Assembly (NCBI RefSeq): GCF_006345805.1
Contig: NW_021833026.1
Span: forward strand, 558,001-622,000
From: Octopus sinensis
Taxonomy: Eukaryota
Direction: 5' to 3'
Length of the DNA: 64,000 bases
Below the pieces are notes generated by a model. That model did no database searches. It was not told the DNA's origin and worked only from the letters and a program-made list of their open reading frames with translations. This document shows positions 38,850-51,857 of this stretch, one piece after another. Every line of letters begins with the position of its first letter. Within the stretch, counting starts at the first letter, position 1. The position numbers and the translations under genes are program-made.

Positions 38850-39963
38850 ATGGCAGACCAAGTTTGGTTTTTAAATGATTTTTAGCAAAAATTATTGGGC
38901 AATGCGGAATACAAAAAGCGAAATTTTGCCAAGGCATTAGAATACTACCAAAAAGCAATTGAACTTGAGCCCACCGAAATGATTTACTACCTTAATGCAG
39001 CTGGTTAGTTCTAATGATTTACAGCCACAAACTCATAGCTGTCCTCCTCGAACAGACCGAATACCAACAAAGCATAGATATGTGCCTTCAGGCTATAAAC
39101 GTCGGGGAAGAACAAAACGCTTCTTTCAAGAACATAGCCAAGTTTGTCCATCTTGCTTATATCCAGGGCCTATGTCCGTGCAGGGAATGCCTCTTACAAG
39201 AAAGGGGACTTATTGGAGGCCAAGGAATTCTACAACAAGTCACTTCTTAACGAAAGAAATTCTGAAATTGTGTCCAAAGTGTACCAAATTGAAGTGGAAA
39301 TTCGTAAACGAGAAGCAGAGTCCTACATCAACCCAGAACTGTCCCAGAAAGAGAAAGAACAGGGCAATGCTCTGTTTAAAGAAGGAGAATTTCCTAAGGC
39401 AATTGAGCACTACACCGAGGCTATAAAACGCCTTCCGACTGATGCCAAGCTCTATTCGAATAGGGCTGCCTGTTATGCCAGTCTCCTGGCCTATCCTTCT
39501 GCTCTTAAGGATTGTGATAAGGCAATAGAGGTAGACCCCACTTTCAGTAAGTGGTGTCTTGTAATGTCTAGTTAAGCCATATCTGAGACAGGGGGCTATC
39601 CATGTTGCGATGAAGGACTCTATAAGGCCAGAAAGGCGTTTGAGAAGGCTTTGGATATTGACCCCAACTGTTCTGTATGGGAGGTCTTTTATTGTGGTAG
39701 GAGGCGATTGCTGGGCTGAGGAATTGTTCGGCAGGGGAGTCTGGGAATATGGACGAGATTAGACAGCAGGCAATGAATGATCCCGAGATTCAGAACATTC
39801 TGAGTGACCCTGCAATGAGGCTGATACTTGAACAGGCTCAGAATGATCCGTCTTCTCTCATGGCGTTCTCTTCTTTTTTATGATTGTTAGACATTTAAAG
39901 GACCCGACTATTGCCTCCAAATTTGAGAAGCTCGTCAAATCTGGAATTGTCGGGGTTAAATAA
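38850..39963 (+). CDS. STIP1: STIP1/HOP co-chaperone, TPR2A-TPR2B-DP2 only; one apparent 1-bp frameshift
   Basis: AKLLGNAEYKKRNFAKALEYYQKAIEL, YINPELSQKEKEQGNALFKEGEFPKAIEHYTEAIKR, YSNRAACY, AMNDPEIQNILSDPAMRLILEQ, KLVKSGIV*. Confidence 0.9.
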
Positions 39964-40319
39964 ATGTTTACTTTGTTGGGCTAATAATTACTTTTTCCTA
40001 TTCTACATTCTGACTGTTTATTTTTAGGTAGACTTAGTGTGCCTTCCGTTATCACATTCTTAACCTATTTCAAGAACTATTTATTAAAAGCTGCCATAAC
40101 GTAGTTTTCAAGTTTTTGGGTATTAAAGTTTCTATTTGATCTCAATAAACTTTTGAATTGCGAAAAGCATTGTTTGACAAATTATTTTTTTGTAATAATA
40201 GGATGGAGCTCTTAATCTGGTACCCATCTAGTGAATACGACTTTTGGTGGAATTCCAATTTCTAAAAACAACAATTGTCGCTTTGAGGAGACGCTCAGCG
40301 AATAGGAAAGCTAAATGTT

Positions 40320-40685
40320 TACTATTTTAATTAGCAGCAATTCCACGCAAGATGGCTATTGATATGCGTTGGAAAAGCCATGTCCGTTACCGATGGTCAT
40401 TTCTCCTTCTGCTTGCCAGGTCCCCCAGTTTAATAAGGAATTTTTTAGTTCTGGGACCGAGGACTCCCGACGTCTCCATTGCGATCGGGGCAAAGATATG
40501 ACGGTGAGATAATGCACTGTATTTCTTGATTTTTAGCGTTTCGGTCAGGTTAATGCGGAGCCCGGTTCTGCGCCTGACGTAAAGATGTGTCCGTGCAAGT
40601 CCCAGATGAGCGACTTGCCATTTTCGAAGGGAAAAGTCGTTAGGCCGTCAGGACGTTTACCATCTTCTGAACCAGACCGACCAAA
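40320..40685 (-). mobile_element. Degenerate CRE-type 3' fragment
   Basis: EDGKRPDGLTTFPFENGKSLIWD, KKY, FAPIAMETSGVLG, WLFQRISIAILRG. Confidence 0.8.
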
Positions 40686-40844
40686 AGATTTTTGACTTCC
40701 ATTAAACAATTGTCGCTTTTGGTTCTGAATAAGATTTGTGGCCTACATTATATGTAAAATATGGGCAACTCAATGAAATGGAAAAAATTAGGATATAGAT
40801 TTGTAAAAAATTTTCATTTAAATCGTAAATAAATTAAAACAATA

Positions 40845-40958
40845 CCTGCCATCATATACCTTGTAGCATCAGAAATAAGAAGCATAAAATTATCTTTTTC
40901 GACCATCAGATTTTCGATCAAATCATCAACAATCTGCGCTATAATATTTTTGTAGGTG
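40845..40958 (-). mobile_element. Possible hAT-like (DUF659-type) transposase remnant at the insertion site of the RLE element
   Basis: IIAQIVDDLIENLMVEKDNFMLLISDATRYMMAG resembles an LLxSDAAxYMxxAG transposase motif; short, recognised from memory only. Confidence 0.35.
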
Positions 40959-43900
40959 ATTAAAACCAATGTTTAATAATAATTAATTATGTAAATTCTA
41001 TCTTAAATTATTTAAGAATCCAGATCGTCAGTGATTTCTCTTCTTCGCTGGGAAGAAGAGTTTGCAACAAAATTCTCATCATTTTCCATTTCTGCGTCAA
41101 AGTAATTGTTCAACTGAGTGTCCTCACGACATGCCAGCTCCGCAAGTTGATTGGCGGCAGAGGCGTACTCCTCGTTGTCTACCTTCATCCCATGTCTGTG
41201 TTCAATAAGCATACTCTCTAGAGTCCTCTTCAGCACAACCGACTGGATGTATGTCCTCGTTCCTTCTTCAATGGATAATTTGTCCATATGACTTTTAAAG
41301 AACTTTGAGACAACTCCATCCCATGTCAAGACAATTGGAATAATCTTCACTTTTGCTTCATAGAGAACCGACAGTTCGTTTGCAAGCAGGTCATATTTGT
41401 GAAATTTCTCCACTTCAACTTGCTTTAAACGGTCTTGCGAGGTAACTCCCACTTCGATTAAATGAATTTCTCTTTTCCTCTTGTCATAAACGAAGATATC
41501 AGGTTTATTGAATTGAACCTTTGTTTCAGTCATAATTGAAGTGTCAACTCTGATTTCGACATTTTGGGTCGACATTGTTGACACGACTGAATGTCCTTTC
41601 AATTTCCTGCTTCGTTTTATTCCATACATTCGACACAAGTGGAGATGAATACACTTTACCACTTCGTTGTGTCTTCGGAGATAATCACTGTTTAGCATCC
41701 TACCACACCGCGTGGCTAGATGGTCAACAGTCTGCCTGCTTTTTTTGCAGTGGACGCATAGTGATCCCGTGTATGCAAAGAACAAATTCCTATCTTGCAA
41801 AAGACAGTACAATGCTTCGCTTCGTGGACCATTGTTCCCTTTCGATAGCCATTGCGAAGAAGTAGATATGTCGACATCTGATTCCTCCATACATTTGAAC
41901 ATCACCGAGTGTAGTGATTTACTGTTAATTCGGTTAAGCAAGAGTTTCCTTTGTGCGTCCTTCAGTAACTCAATGGTCAGATTTTCCCTGCCGACAGCTG
42001 CATATTTGGAGACAAGAAATTCTGCGATTGTGGCTAAGTGCCATTTTTTTCCTTTTATTACTCGCAGAATACCCGACCTCCGCAACAGGTAGTCGACTGT
42101 TTTTCCAAACTTTTAAGAAACTGGAAGAGCATTAATTCGCTTTTGAAAGAAATTGAGGCAAGTCCTCTTCCAAGGGTCTTGCGGTCCAAATACAACCTCT
42201 CCTTATTTGCAGGCTGGAGGTGTAACTTGAGAGTCGTAAGTAATCGGCGTATTTGTTGGTCAATATCATCAAATTCGTAAGGTTCATATTGATTAGCCCA
42301 ATATAATAATATATAGGGATAATGCATATTCATTGATTCCACGAAACAAATTTACAGCATTCAGGTTTGTTTTTGACAACATAGTTATCCTCTTCTTGAC
42401 ATTCTCCAATATGGAGTCCATAACTTTATTCTTGAGAACATTACTTCCGCCATCTTCAAGTACACCCAAGTAGCGATATCCGTTGATTCCATCGACAGTC
42501 TCACAGCATGATAAAGATTCCACATTAGATGCTGATTTTTCGGAATTCATCTCTAGGCCGACACTTTCAAAAAATCCATTAACAGCCTCCATCATTTTGA
42601 CTAACACATCTTCTTTGAGGGCAACTATTTTCAGATCGTCAATAAAGAAGAAATGATTGGTGGAGTATGTCAACATATTGGGATCTTCCCGACTAATTTC
42701 GAGTTTGGGAAACATGGAGTTAAGCATCCTGCTTAGGGGATCCATCGCCATAACGAATAGCAGCGGGGACAATGAATCTCCTTGGAGTATTCCCCGGCTT
42801 AACTTTACTTTCCCAATTCTTTTCCCATCGATATGTAAGTTTACTGTCCACTTCTTGACTATGTTTTTTACAAAGCTGACAATCCAATGTGGTATTCCAG
42901 AGCAATCCAATACGTGGAACAAGAACTCGTGATCAACTGAGTCAAATGCCTTCTTCACATCGACCCAAGCAGAATAGAGGCCATTTCCATACTCCTTATT
43001 TAAGCATTGGTTAATGAGGGCTTGCTCTTTGGCGCCTTGACATTGCTTCCTCGTCCCAAGCTGATTATCTGAGATTAAGCCAAATGCCTCGATGAAATCG
43101 GCCAGTTTGGCATTAACACATTTGGTGACAAGTTTATACAAAGTTGGCATACACGTTATAGGGCGTAAGTCCTTCGGGGTCTCACACTCACTTTTTTTAG
43201 GGATCAAGTAAGTTACGCCAGTGTAAAACCAGCTATCAGGCGTGTACTCTCCATTAATTATTCGGACTATCTCTTTACACAGAAACCCATGCAAAGAATC
43301 CATCTTCTTTAAGAAAAAGTTATACGTTCCGTCGCATCCGCATGCCTTCCAGTCAGGTGCATATTTGAGCATATCCATAATAAAATCACTTGTGAATTGA
43401 GGTCGCATGGTTTCAGCGCCAGTACACCTCACACCCACAAAATCATAAACTACGGGCCCCATATTTTTCTTGCTCCAGACATCTTCCCAAAATGATAAGC
43501 ACTCACCATCACCAAACCCATACAGGGTGGCTTCGTTGCTCGAAGATAAGTTTCGATAAAATCTTCTGCGGTTTAATTCAAAACACGCATTGTCTTTCCG
43601 GAAATTTTTCCTCGAGGAATGGATAGATATCTGTTTCTTTTTGATTCTAATTAGATCATTCAATAGAGTCTCAATTCTGGTTAGCTCCCCCTTCTTAGAC
43701 TTCTTATATCCGTAGCGGCAGAGAACATCCATTGCCTTTTGCTTTTCTGCCTGAGGCAAGGTTTGTTTGGAGAAGGAACGAACTGTGTCAATTTCATCTG
43801 CTAATTTAGAGATTTTTCTTCCGTGTTTTCCAACCATGTGCTCTGTGGTCTGGCTCTCGTAGTTAAGGCCAAATAAGCACACTGTGCAGCATATAGAATA

Positions 43901-44534
43901 TCGGTAATTTGATTAATATCTTGGGGCGGATCATCTTTTGTAATATGATAAATTGCAGAATTTAATCCAGCCAGGATATCAGTTTTTACCATCCTTCGTT
44001 GCACCTTTGGAGTTGGCTTTCGAGAGTCTCTCTGAATAGACTGAACTTTCCCAATTTGGAATTTGAGTTCCTCTAGGCAATTTCTGAAACTGGAAATTTC
44101 TACGTCCACATCATCTTGCACTCTGGAAGAGTCGCATCTTCCTTGCACATTGTTATTCCGTCTAGCCATGCTCTTTAGTTGGCATAAACTGGAGCACTTT
44201 GCCGAGTACTTCTCATTGAACTTCTCCAGGACAAGGTTCCAACCACCTCTTGGCATCCTTCCAAGTCTTTGCTTCGCGGCAAGGGCAATCTGAGACACCC
44301 ATTCGCCTTCAGAGACACCATTGACATTTCCGATGATCGCAGAAAGAGAATGCAAGTTAGTTTTGGCAGCATCACCAACAAGATCTTCTTTAACACCATT
44401 AGCTCTTGTGGCATTGTGAGGTCCCATAGGCGACGGTCCTGTCTTTTTTAAGTTCTTTTTATTTGCAGGAAGGCCCGTAGGTTTCGTTTTCCTTAACTGC
44501 TTGGAAACGTACATGCACACACCACAACAACTAA
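40959..44534 (-). mobile_element. Apparently full-length RLE-type (R4/Dong-like) non-LTR retrotransposon with 18-bp TSD
   Basis: RT: LRPITCMPTLYKL, WVDVKKAFDSV, GILQGDSLSPLLF, FFIDD, YRYLG. RLE: CVHC..TVDHLATRC, RRHNEV, NKPDI, EVG, EKFHKY. TSD ataat(a/t)tttttgtaggtg at 40941-40958 and 44535-44552. Confidence 0.92.
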
Positions 44535-45028
44535 ATAATTTTTTTGTAGGTGCATAATCAATTTGCTTAAATGAACCAAATAAATAATTTTAGAAAGTTT
44601 GATTGATCTAATTAAAACCGCGACATATTGTTTTAATTTTTGAGTTGAGTCATTGGTTACCGCAAAAAATTTTTTGTCTCCTCCCGTTGTGATTGAAAAA
44701 AGTCTGATGGCTCTTCGTTGTTCGCTTTTGATACTGGTAAAACATTAGTTTGAGATTCCACGTGTTGATACCTTCTCAAAGTGCACCTCTCTGCCTGGAT
44801 CTCGTGCTAATAGGGATGAATTTGCAAAATTAAAGAAATATCAGCGCTTTGCTGTTTGGCAAATAAAATATTTTGGAGAAAAAAATTTTTAATTGTCGCA
44901 ACTTTGGATGGGAGTTTATATTTTATTTGTATTTTTTTGTTTTACGAAAGCATTAAAGATAGGAATTCAAAATTTCTACATTGGCAGCCAAATTAATGAG
45001 GAATCAGTGAAAAACGTCAGGATTAAAA

Positions 45029-45510
45029 CTGGGTTTCCCGAACTTTTTCTTTCGTGACACCCCTAAAAATGTTGATTTTATCGTCAGCAAACCTAAATTA
45101 TATTTAAATAAATATTCGTTAAAAACATTTTACCAAAGAATATCAACAAAAAGAACTCTTTTCGAGAAACTAATGAGAATAATGTAATTGTTTTGTTACT
45201 ATTACAAACTCCTTTAATATCAGGAGTTAAACTTGAGAGTTGGACTTTCCTGTCAACCGACGCATTAATCGATTCTTGTATTTTCGCAGGGTATAACGAA
45301 AATGCAGATTCACATAAATATATTGTCGAAAATGGTAAGAGCACGCGGACAGCCTGGTCTGACAATTATGGATACTAATTTTGTATTTTATTCCAAAAAC
45401 TGAACAATGATTGACGTAAAAGTTCAGAAGGAAGAAAAGCTTTGCACAATTTTTTGTGACAAAACATCATCCCTAGTATTCGCCCGTAGCACCCACTTTG
45501 AAAAATGCTG
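45029..45510 (-). mobile_element. Short non-autonomous hAT (ZBED5/Buster-like C-terminus)
   Basis: VLLPFSTIYLCESAFSLY, VQLSSLTPDI; hAT-like ends ctgggtttcccgaacttt and caaagtgggtgc/cagcatttttcaaa; followed by atctaaaa. Confidence 0.7.
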
Positions 45511-45702
45511 ATCTAAAAAACAAACCTCAAAAGAAGCAGAGGTAAATTATCTAAAAAGAAAATCATAAAGAATAAAAACCACATGAAATAAAAAAACAGC
45601 ATTAAAAAGATATAATTTGAGTAAACAATAAATATATATTAACATCAGATAGACAGTATTGAATCATTAATCTCGTTAATAATTGATAAAATTAAAAACA
45701 AT

Positions 45703-45741
45703 TTCTGTCCACAATGCCACAACATTTTACGATCAATTTCA
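45703..45741 (+). pseudogene. POLR3K 5' fragment (deleted duplicate A)
   Basis: ttctgtccacaatgccacaacattttacgatcaatttca is identical to the 5' CDS of the intact gene and is embedded in duplicated flanks. Confidence 0.8.
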
Positions 45742-46187
45742 GTTTAAATCGGCTTTGATTATAATTCAATATTTTAGCAGTTTTATGTTCGCCAGACCAA
45801 TTATAAAATATTTGTTAATGTTAATAATCTTCATCTAACACCAAAAGTGTAAATTGAATAAAAAGGAAATCTTAAAAATATTTATCAACATGCTTTGCTC
45901 GATTTATTGAATTATAATCAAATTTTGTAGTTTCTAGAAAATTCTTTTTACATGTATTTCGTGCACGAATTTCTAATCACAATTCTTAACGATTCGGACT
46001 TGTCAAATCTTTTTCGGAAATTAACTGAATTTATTACTTTTATACCTTCATTTGATTTAATTTCACAGTAATTTTCATAATTCGAGTTTGATATTTCTTA
46101 TTCATTATCCTCATCGTTTTTGAATGTAAATTATATATTAACATCAGATAGACAGTATTTCATTAAATTAAAAACAATTTATATAGT

Positions 46188-46439
46188 TTCCAGTGCTATT
46201 CGTGTAACTATGATCTGCCTTGTGAACATACGTATATCTTTGAGTATCCTCGGGAATATAAGAAGGCGATAAACATATTTGCGAAAGAAGACAGGCCTGG
46301 TCTCAAAACAACTGTTAAATGTGAACAATGCGGTCATGAGGAGGCATTCTATCAAGAAATACAAATGAGGTCGGGAGATGAGCCAATGTCGACGTTCTAT
46401 CGATGTTGCAAATGCGAATTTACTTGGAGAAAGGACTAA
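46188..46439 (+). pseudogene. POLR3K 3' fragment lacking the start (deleted duplicate B)
   Basis: FQCYSCNYDLPCEHTYIFEYPREYKKAINIFAKEDRPGLKTTVKCEQCGHEEAFYQEIQMRSGDEPMSTFYRCCKCEFTWRKD*; upstream flank is joined directly to the FQC codon. Confidence 0.85.
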
Positions 46440-47497
46440 AGTTTTGATGTTTTTTTGTTTTCAAAGTGTCGTTTTATTATCAAAAATGTTCAAATATAAC
46501 TGTTATTAATTTTAACAAATTTTTAGTAGTTTAGGTCGAACTTGTTTAAATCGGCTTTGATTATAATTTAAAAAATCGATGCAAAGCATGTTTAAAAATA
46601 TTTAAAAATTTTTTTTTTCAATTTATACTTTTTTATTTCAAATTAAGGTGTTTAATATGATTTATTTGAAAAATGTGTTTTTTTTGCATAATTTGATATT
46701 GTTAAATGTTTTTGTTTTGTTTATTATGCGAAATGATTATATTTATACCAAATTCGTAGTAAAATATTATAAATAAATAAAAATAGTAAATATAAAAAAC
46801 ATTATAGTGCGATGAAAATATTTACATATTTTGATTTTTCTTATATATTAATAAATATTTCGTAATCTAACACGTAATTGTTGAACGATATAATTCTTAT
46901 TCAACCGAATTAACCAAGATTCTATAACGTAAAATATTTTTTAATAAAAAACATAAATACATTTTTTATTGATGTCGATTGCTGTGGTTTGTTCAAGTAA
47001 TCAAATAGGAGCATGCAGCTGTTAATTTTCGTTTCTTTATCGTTAATTTAAAATTTTTATACTTTCTAATGATCGTCTTTAGAGATATTTCGATTAAATA
47101 ATAAATCTACAAAAAATTGCTAAAAAAATAACTATAAAACTATAGATGTCGACACGGCACGTTATTTGTTAATAATCTATTTATTTTGACTAAATAAAAT
47201 AAATTTACTTAAATGATAAAATAATTTTTCGGGTCACCCCTAGTACTTTCTCGTTGCACCCATTTGGAAAATGCTGATCTAAACAAACTAACTTCAAAAG
47301 CAACAGAGGTAAATTATCGAAAAAGAATTATAAAAAGTAGAAACCACATTAAATAAAAACCGCATTAAAAAATATATAATTTTAGTAAACAATCGATATA
47401 TATTAACATAGATAGACAGTATTGCATCATTAATCTTGTTAATTATTGATTAAATTAAAAACAATTTATATAGTGTGTTTGTTTATTATTTAGTAGA

Positions 47498-47815
47498 ATG
47501 CTTCTTTTCTGTCCACAATGCCACAACATTTTACGATCAATTTCATACAAAGACAAACTCAGATTCCAGTGCTATTCGTGTGATTATGATCTGCCTTGTG
47601 AACAAACGTATATCTTTGAGTATCCTCGGGAATATAAGAAGGCGATGAACATATTTGCCAAAGAAGACAGGCCTGGTCTCAAAACAACCGTTAAATGCGA
47701 GCAATGCGGTCATGAGGAGGCATTCTACCAGGAAATACAAATGAGGTCGGGAGATGAGCCAATGTCGACGTTCTATCGATGTTGCAAATGCGAATTTACT
47801 TGGAGAGAGGACTAA
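47498..47815 (+). CDS. POLR3K: RNA polymerase III subunit RPC10/C11
   Basis: MLLFCPQCHN...FQCYSC; C-terminal TFIIS-like ribbon KCEQCGHEEAFYQEIQMRSGDEPMSTFYRCCKCEFTWRE; no introns. Confidence 0.92.
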   Translation: MLLFCPQCHNILRSISYKDKLRFQCYSCDYDLPCEQTYIFEYPREYKKAMNIFAKEDRPGLKTTVKCEQCGHEEAFYQEIQMRSGDEPMSTFYRCCKCEFTWRED

Positions 47816-47966
47816 AGTTTTGATGTTTTTTTGTTTTTAAAATGTCGTTTTATTATCAATTATTAATTTAACAATTTTTTAGTAGTTTAGATCAAACTTG
47901 TTTAAATCTGCTTTGATTATAATTTAATAAATCGATGAAAAGCATGTTTATTTATGTTGAAAAAGG

Positions 47967-48420
47967 CAATGTGACCGCACACGTGCCGCTGTGGCTGCAC
48001 TGTTGACCTTTTCGGTCTGCACCCTTTATCGTGCAGGAGGAGTGCCGGACGTTTCCCGAGGCATTCTGCTATGAACTCATCATACGGCGGGATTTCCTTC
48101 GGTCCTCGAACCACCGGGTCTTGACCGCGGCGACGGGAAACGTCCTGACGGGATGACCCTTTTCCCCTTTGAAGGCGGAAAAGGCCTCGTATGGGGTGCA
48201 ACCTGCTGGGACATTTTTTCTGCTTCTCACTTAACTTCGTGTGCTCTGGAGGCTAAATCTGCAGCTAAGAAAGCTGAAGATTAAAGCTATCAAAATATTC
48301 TGCCCTCTCGGAGGAGTTTTCTGTGGTGCCGATAGCGGCGGAGACGTCGGGTGCTCTTGGTCCAAAAACTGAAAAGTTCCTTCGCAAGCTCGGAGCCAAA
48401 ATCTCAATGCGCACCCAACA
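47967..48420 (+). mobile_element. Degenerate CRE-type fragment
   Basis: CRCGCTVD...[42 protein letters not shown]. Confidence 0.8.
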
Positions 48421-48829
48421 TTGATAAGCACTTTTTTTAATTTGTGTTCTTGAAATACACAAACTCTGCATCTATATATCCTAAAAAGTGCACAACAAAA
48501 ATTTTGATTAAGCTTTTTAGTAATATGAGACATCGCTTATTTGGTGATAACAATTTTTTGCTATAGTATTGTAATTCATTTTTATTTAAGAACAATTTCG
48601 GTTACTGTTTTTCCGTGGAGTAATGGGAAATACCTCTCGTGAGACTAAATTTTACGGACACCTTTTCGAAGACGCATATAGTTGATTCTATAATCAGTTT
48701 AGCTTCCCCCACTAAGAAGGCTGAAAAATATAAAATCTCGAAATATTCCAATCTGTAACACAACATCATCTTTTCTCCAATTTTCGTAGAAACGTCCGAA
48801 GGCAAGAGTAATAAATCGTGGTTTGAGTT

Positions 48830-49030
48830 TGGCTTCAGAGTTTGTCGAAATCATTAGGGTTTTTTTCTCGTAGATTAGGTCATGTTGCAGAACAGCCGGT
48901 AATGTTTTCCGGGGTTGTCCATGAATTTTTGTCCATCTGTCAGAAAGTATTCTTCCATGGTCTGATAGGCGGGTGCAGTTGGATCCATTCCCAGAATGTG
49001 CCCGAATAGCCTTCAGCAGCCTCTATTATG
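48830..49030 (-). mobile_element. LINE RT C-terminal fragment (RTE-like)
   Basis: RLFGHILGMDPTAPAYQTM...GQPRKTLPAVLQHDL resembles the RLRWFGH...GRPR tail. Confidence 0.5.
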
Positions 49031-50299
49031 TACATTGATATAAAAATTAATAGTTGTACTCTCCTCCTTCTTTCAACTTGATTTAAAAAAACTCACTACG
49101 CCAGTTGAGTTGATTAGAGCTACGTGCTTATTTGAAATTGGCCAAAGTACTGAGAAAATAAATTTTTCCTTAATAAATTGTGAAAAAATTGACCAATTTG
49201 CGAGGGTTAACTGTATATGTTACAATTACAGATTTAGAGTTATTAAAAGAACTCTTTTTAATTTTCGACCGAAAAAATTAATTTGAGCAGTTTTTATTCC
49301 AAGAGAAGCAGAAAAAAGACAAGTTAATTAGGCAGACGATATATTTATCAACAACTGTCACTGTCAGTCGAATTCCTCCGAGATATGTCCAAGAGCTAAA
49401 GAAAGCCGGCAGTTTGTGTCAATTTCAGTGTATTTGGGTAAACCAGCGGTCACGTTGAATTTGATAGAGACATCATCTACGCTTTATATTCAATTACAAT
49501 AGGAAACAAGTTGGTTCTCGACTTTCCCAAACATGTTTGAAATTGATTTGGAGATGGACAAGTCTAACTTATTTGTTCAAAAACACAATTTTAAAAGCAT
49601 GACCAAACTCGTTATGCAAGGAATTTTAAATTATAACAAAAAGTGATCACATCAGCCAAACATCTTTGTCTAAATAAATAATCTATTTTTAAATCTTTTT
49701 TTATTATCTCCGTACATAGCCCAGCATGAGCACCCACAACACTACTTTTGGTGAGGAAGGAATCTAATCGGGCCACTGGTGATGGTCTCTTAAAGTGTCA
49801 CCGGTTAGCGAGAGTGCCCTCCGAATATAAGTTACTAAAAGGCCTTTTCAGAGAAGCCTTAAAGGTCCTCTGCGTGATACTAAAAATTGCAGTATTATTG
49901 AACCGCATTACACAAAGACAATAATTTTGTGATATAATATATTTACTTTTCAAGCATTCATATTTAAATGGGTCTAGTATTCAAACTCGCACATATTTTG
50001 AGTAAAAGATTATCAAAAACAAATTTAGGTATTCTAAAGTGTCCTGTAATGTGCTTTTTACCAATTTTTGACTTATAGATAAAAGTGAGTGTATTACTCA
50101 TGGGAGTGATCTCTTTACTAATCGACTAAATATTTTATTATTTCTAATCTATACAATCGAAAATTCATTTTGAAGCAAAATAATTTTTATTACCATCAAG
50201 GTGGGGTTTGGGCAGTTTTAAGGAATGGTACTTTTGAAGACTTAATTTGTGATTTTACCAAATAAATCTACCATTTCTCAATGCAGCTTGAACAATCTC

Positions 50300-50900
50300 A
50301 GTGATTCTTGACTAGTTTGTTTTTGTCAGTGTTAGGGTGTGGCATATACAAGACACATAAATTTGATCGATGAATATAGCAGACTGAGACACTTTTAGAA
50401 TAGATTGTGCATTCTAATTAAATGCAGCTGACAATTGGATTACCCAGTGGTGACCATTAGACCACCCAGGACGAACAAAACATTGTAAACATTCCAATAA
50501 ACAATCTACCTATCAAAATATAGTAAAATAACAACAAAATCAGTTATATCAAACAGAAATTGAGGTTAGGAAAAGTTACTTTTTCAGGAGGTCGAGTTCC
50601 TGTTGAATTTGAATTATTTCTGTGGTGTAAAAAAGTTATTTTACCATCCATTTTACAAATCAGTCTCCCTTCATTGTCGAAAAGAGGCTTTCCTGAATTT
50701 TTGTAGAGAGAAAGCGCTTCCATGCAGTCCTCCTTGTCGATATTCTCCATCAATGCTTGAACTTTTTTGAGAACGTGGTAATATGTATCACCAAATGGTT
50801 CTACGTATGTTTCCTGTTGGTTCTGAGGTTCAGAGGAACTTTTTTGGCCAGTTTCCTGTAGAGTTATAAAAATTTCTTGTTATCAAAACATTTTTTTCTT
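50300..50900 (-). CDS. Probable spliced gene, unassigned
   Basis: About 100-codon open exon (QETYVEPFGDTYYHVLKKVQALMENIDKEDCMEAL...RPPEK) ending at a GT donor; no family recognised. Confidence 0.3.
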
Positions 50901-51857
50901 CTTCAGATCCAACCATTTTAATTACTATCTATGAGTAATTACAATCTTATTTGCTTTTAGGTTTGCCGATTTTATCTTGCTGATAAATAATACATTATTT
51001 TAATTAATATATACTAATATTTAAATTATTTTTTACGTTCTGCATTAAACCATTACATTTTAGTAAAAATGTGATCCATTCTTATGGCCTTATCTTATAT
51101 TATGTCAATAACGAATTAATGTTATTATAATCAATTATTGACGTTTTAATAGAACCAACTAAATTGAGTGGAAAGTGGCCACAGAGAAAATTAAACAAAT
51201 ACTTAATTATTTTCCCTACAAAATTAGCCCACAGACCCGTACCTGATAATGCAGCCCATTTGATAAATCCTGTTAATAATTGAATACTCAAAACATAATT
51301 GAATGAAGGCAGATAATTCCTGCGTTTCTGAATTAAATTCCAGCCTTTCGTCAATGAGGTACTTGTAGAGCTATTGTTTGTGTGGCACAAAACTCGAAAA
51401 TGTTTCTGTTTTATTAATAAATTATTTAATCAATTTGTGATAACTTTGTAGTATAACTACTTATAATAGTTTGCTTTATTCTTTTTTAAGTACAAATAAC
51501 ATTCTTTCTGTGCTTAGTAAATCATATCCGTAGGACAGACTCAGTTAAGAGTGGTATTATTAAACCCAAACTTTGAACACGACCTTAGTCAAAAATCTTT
51601 TCTGTCAAAAAATAGACAGTACTTTACTCCATGTCGTAAATGACACAATTCTTTCTGGGTGGGTACTCTCAAACCCATCAGAGTGAACTGATCTCATTCT
51701 GGATCCAAATTGTTTCGAATTCTATTCTACAAATTCCGAATGGAAACACTGTCAGTGTGTGCGATTAAGTAAAATTTTGATTATAATTTTATGGTTAACA
51801 ACCACAAAAGTAAGCTGCCCTGTAAAATAGATAAGTTTACTCGTCGAAGACATTAAC

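Noticed and set aside
41012-44520. Programmed ribosomal frameshifting in the RLE element
   Set aside because: Shifts fall inside conserved domains, lack slippery heptamer/pseudoknot context, and are each explained by one missing base.
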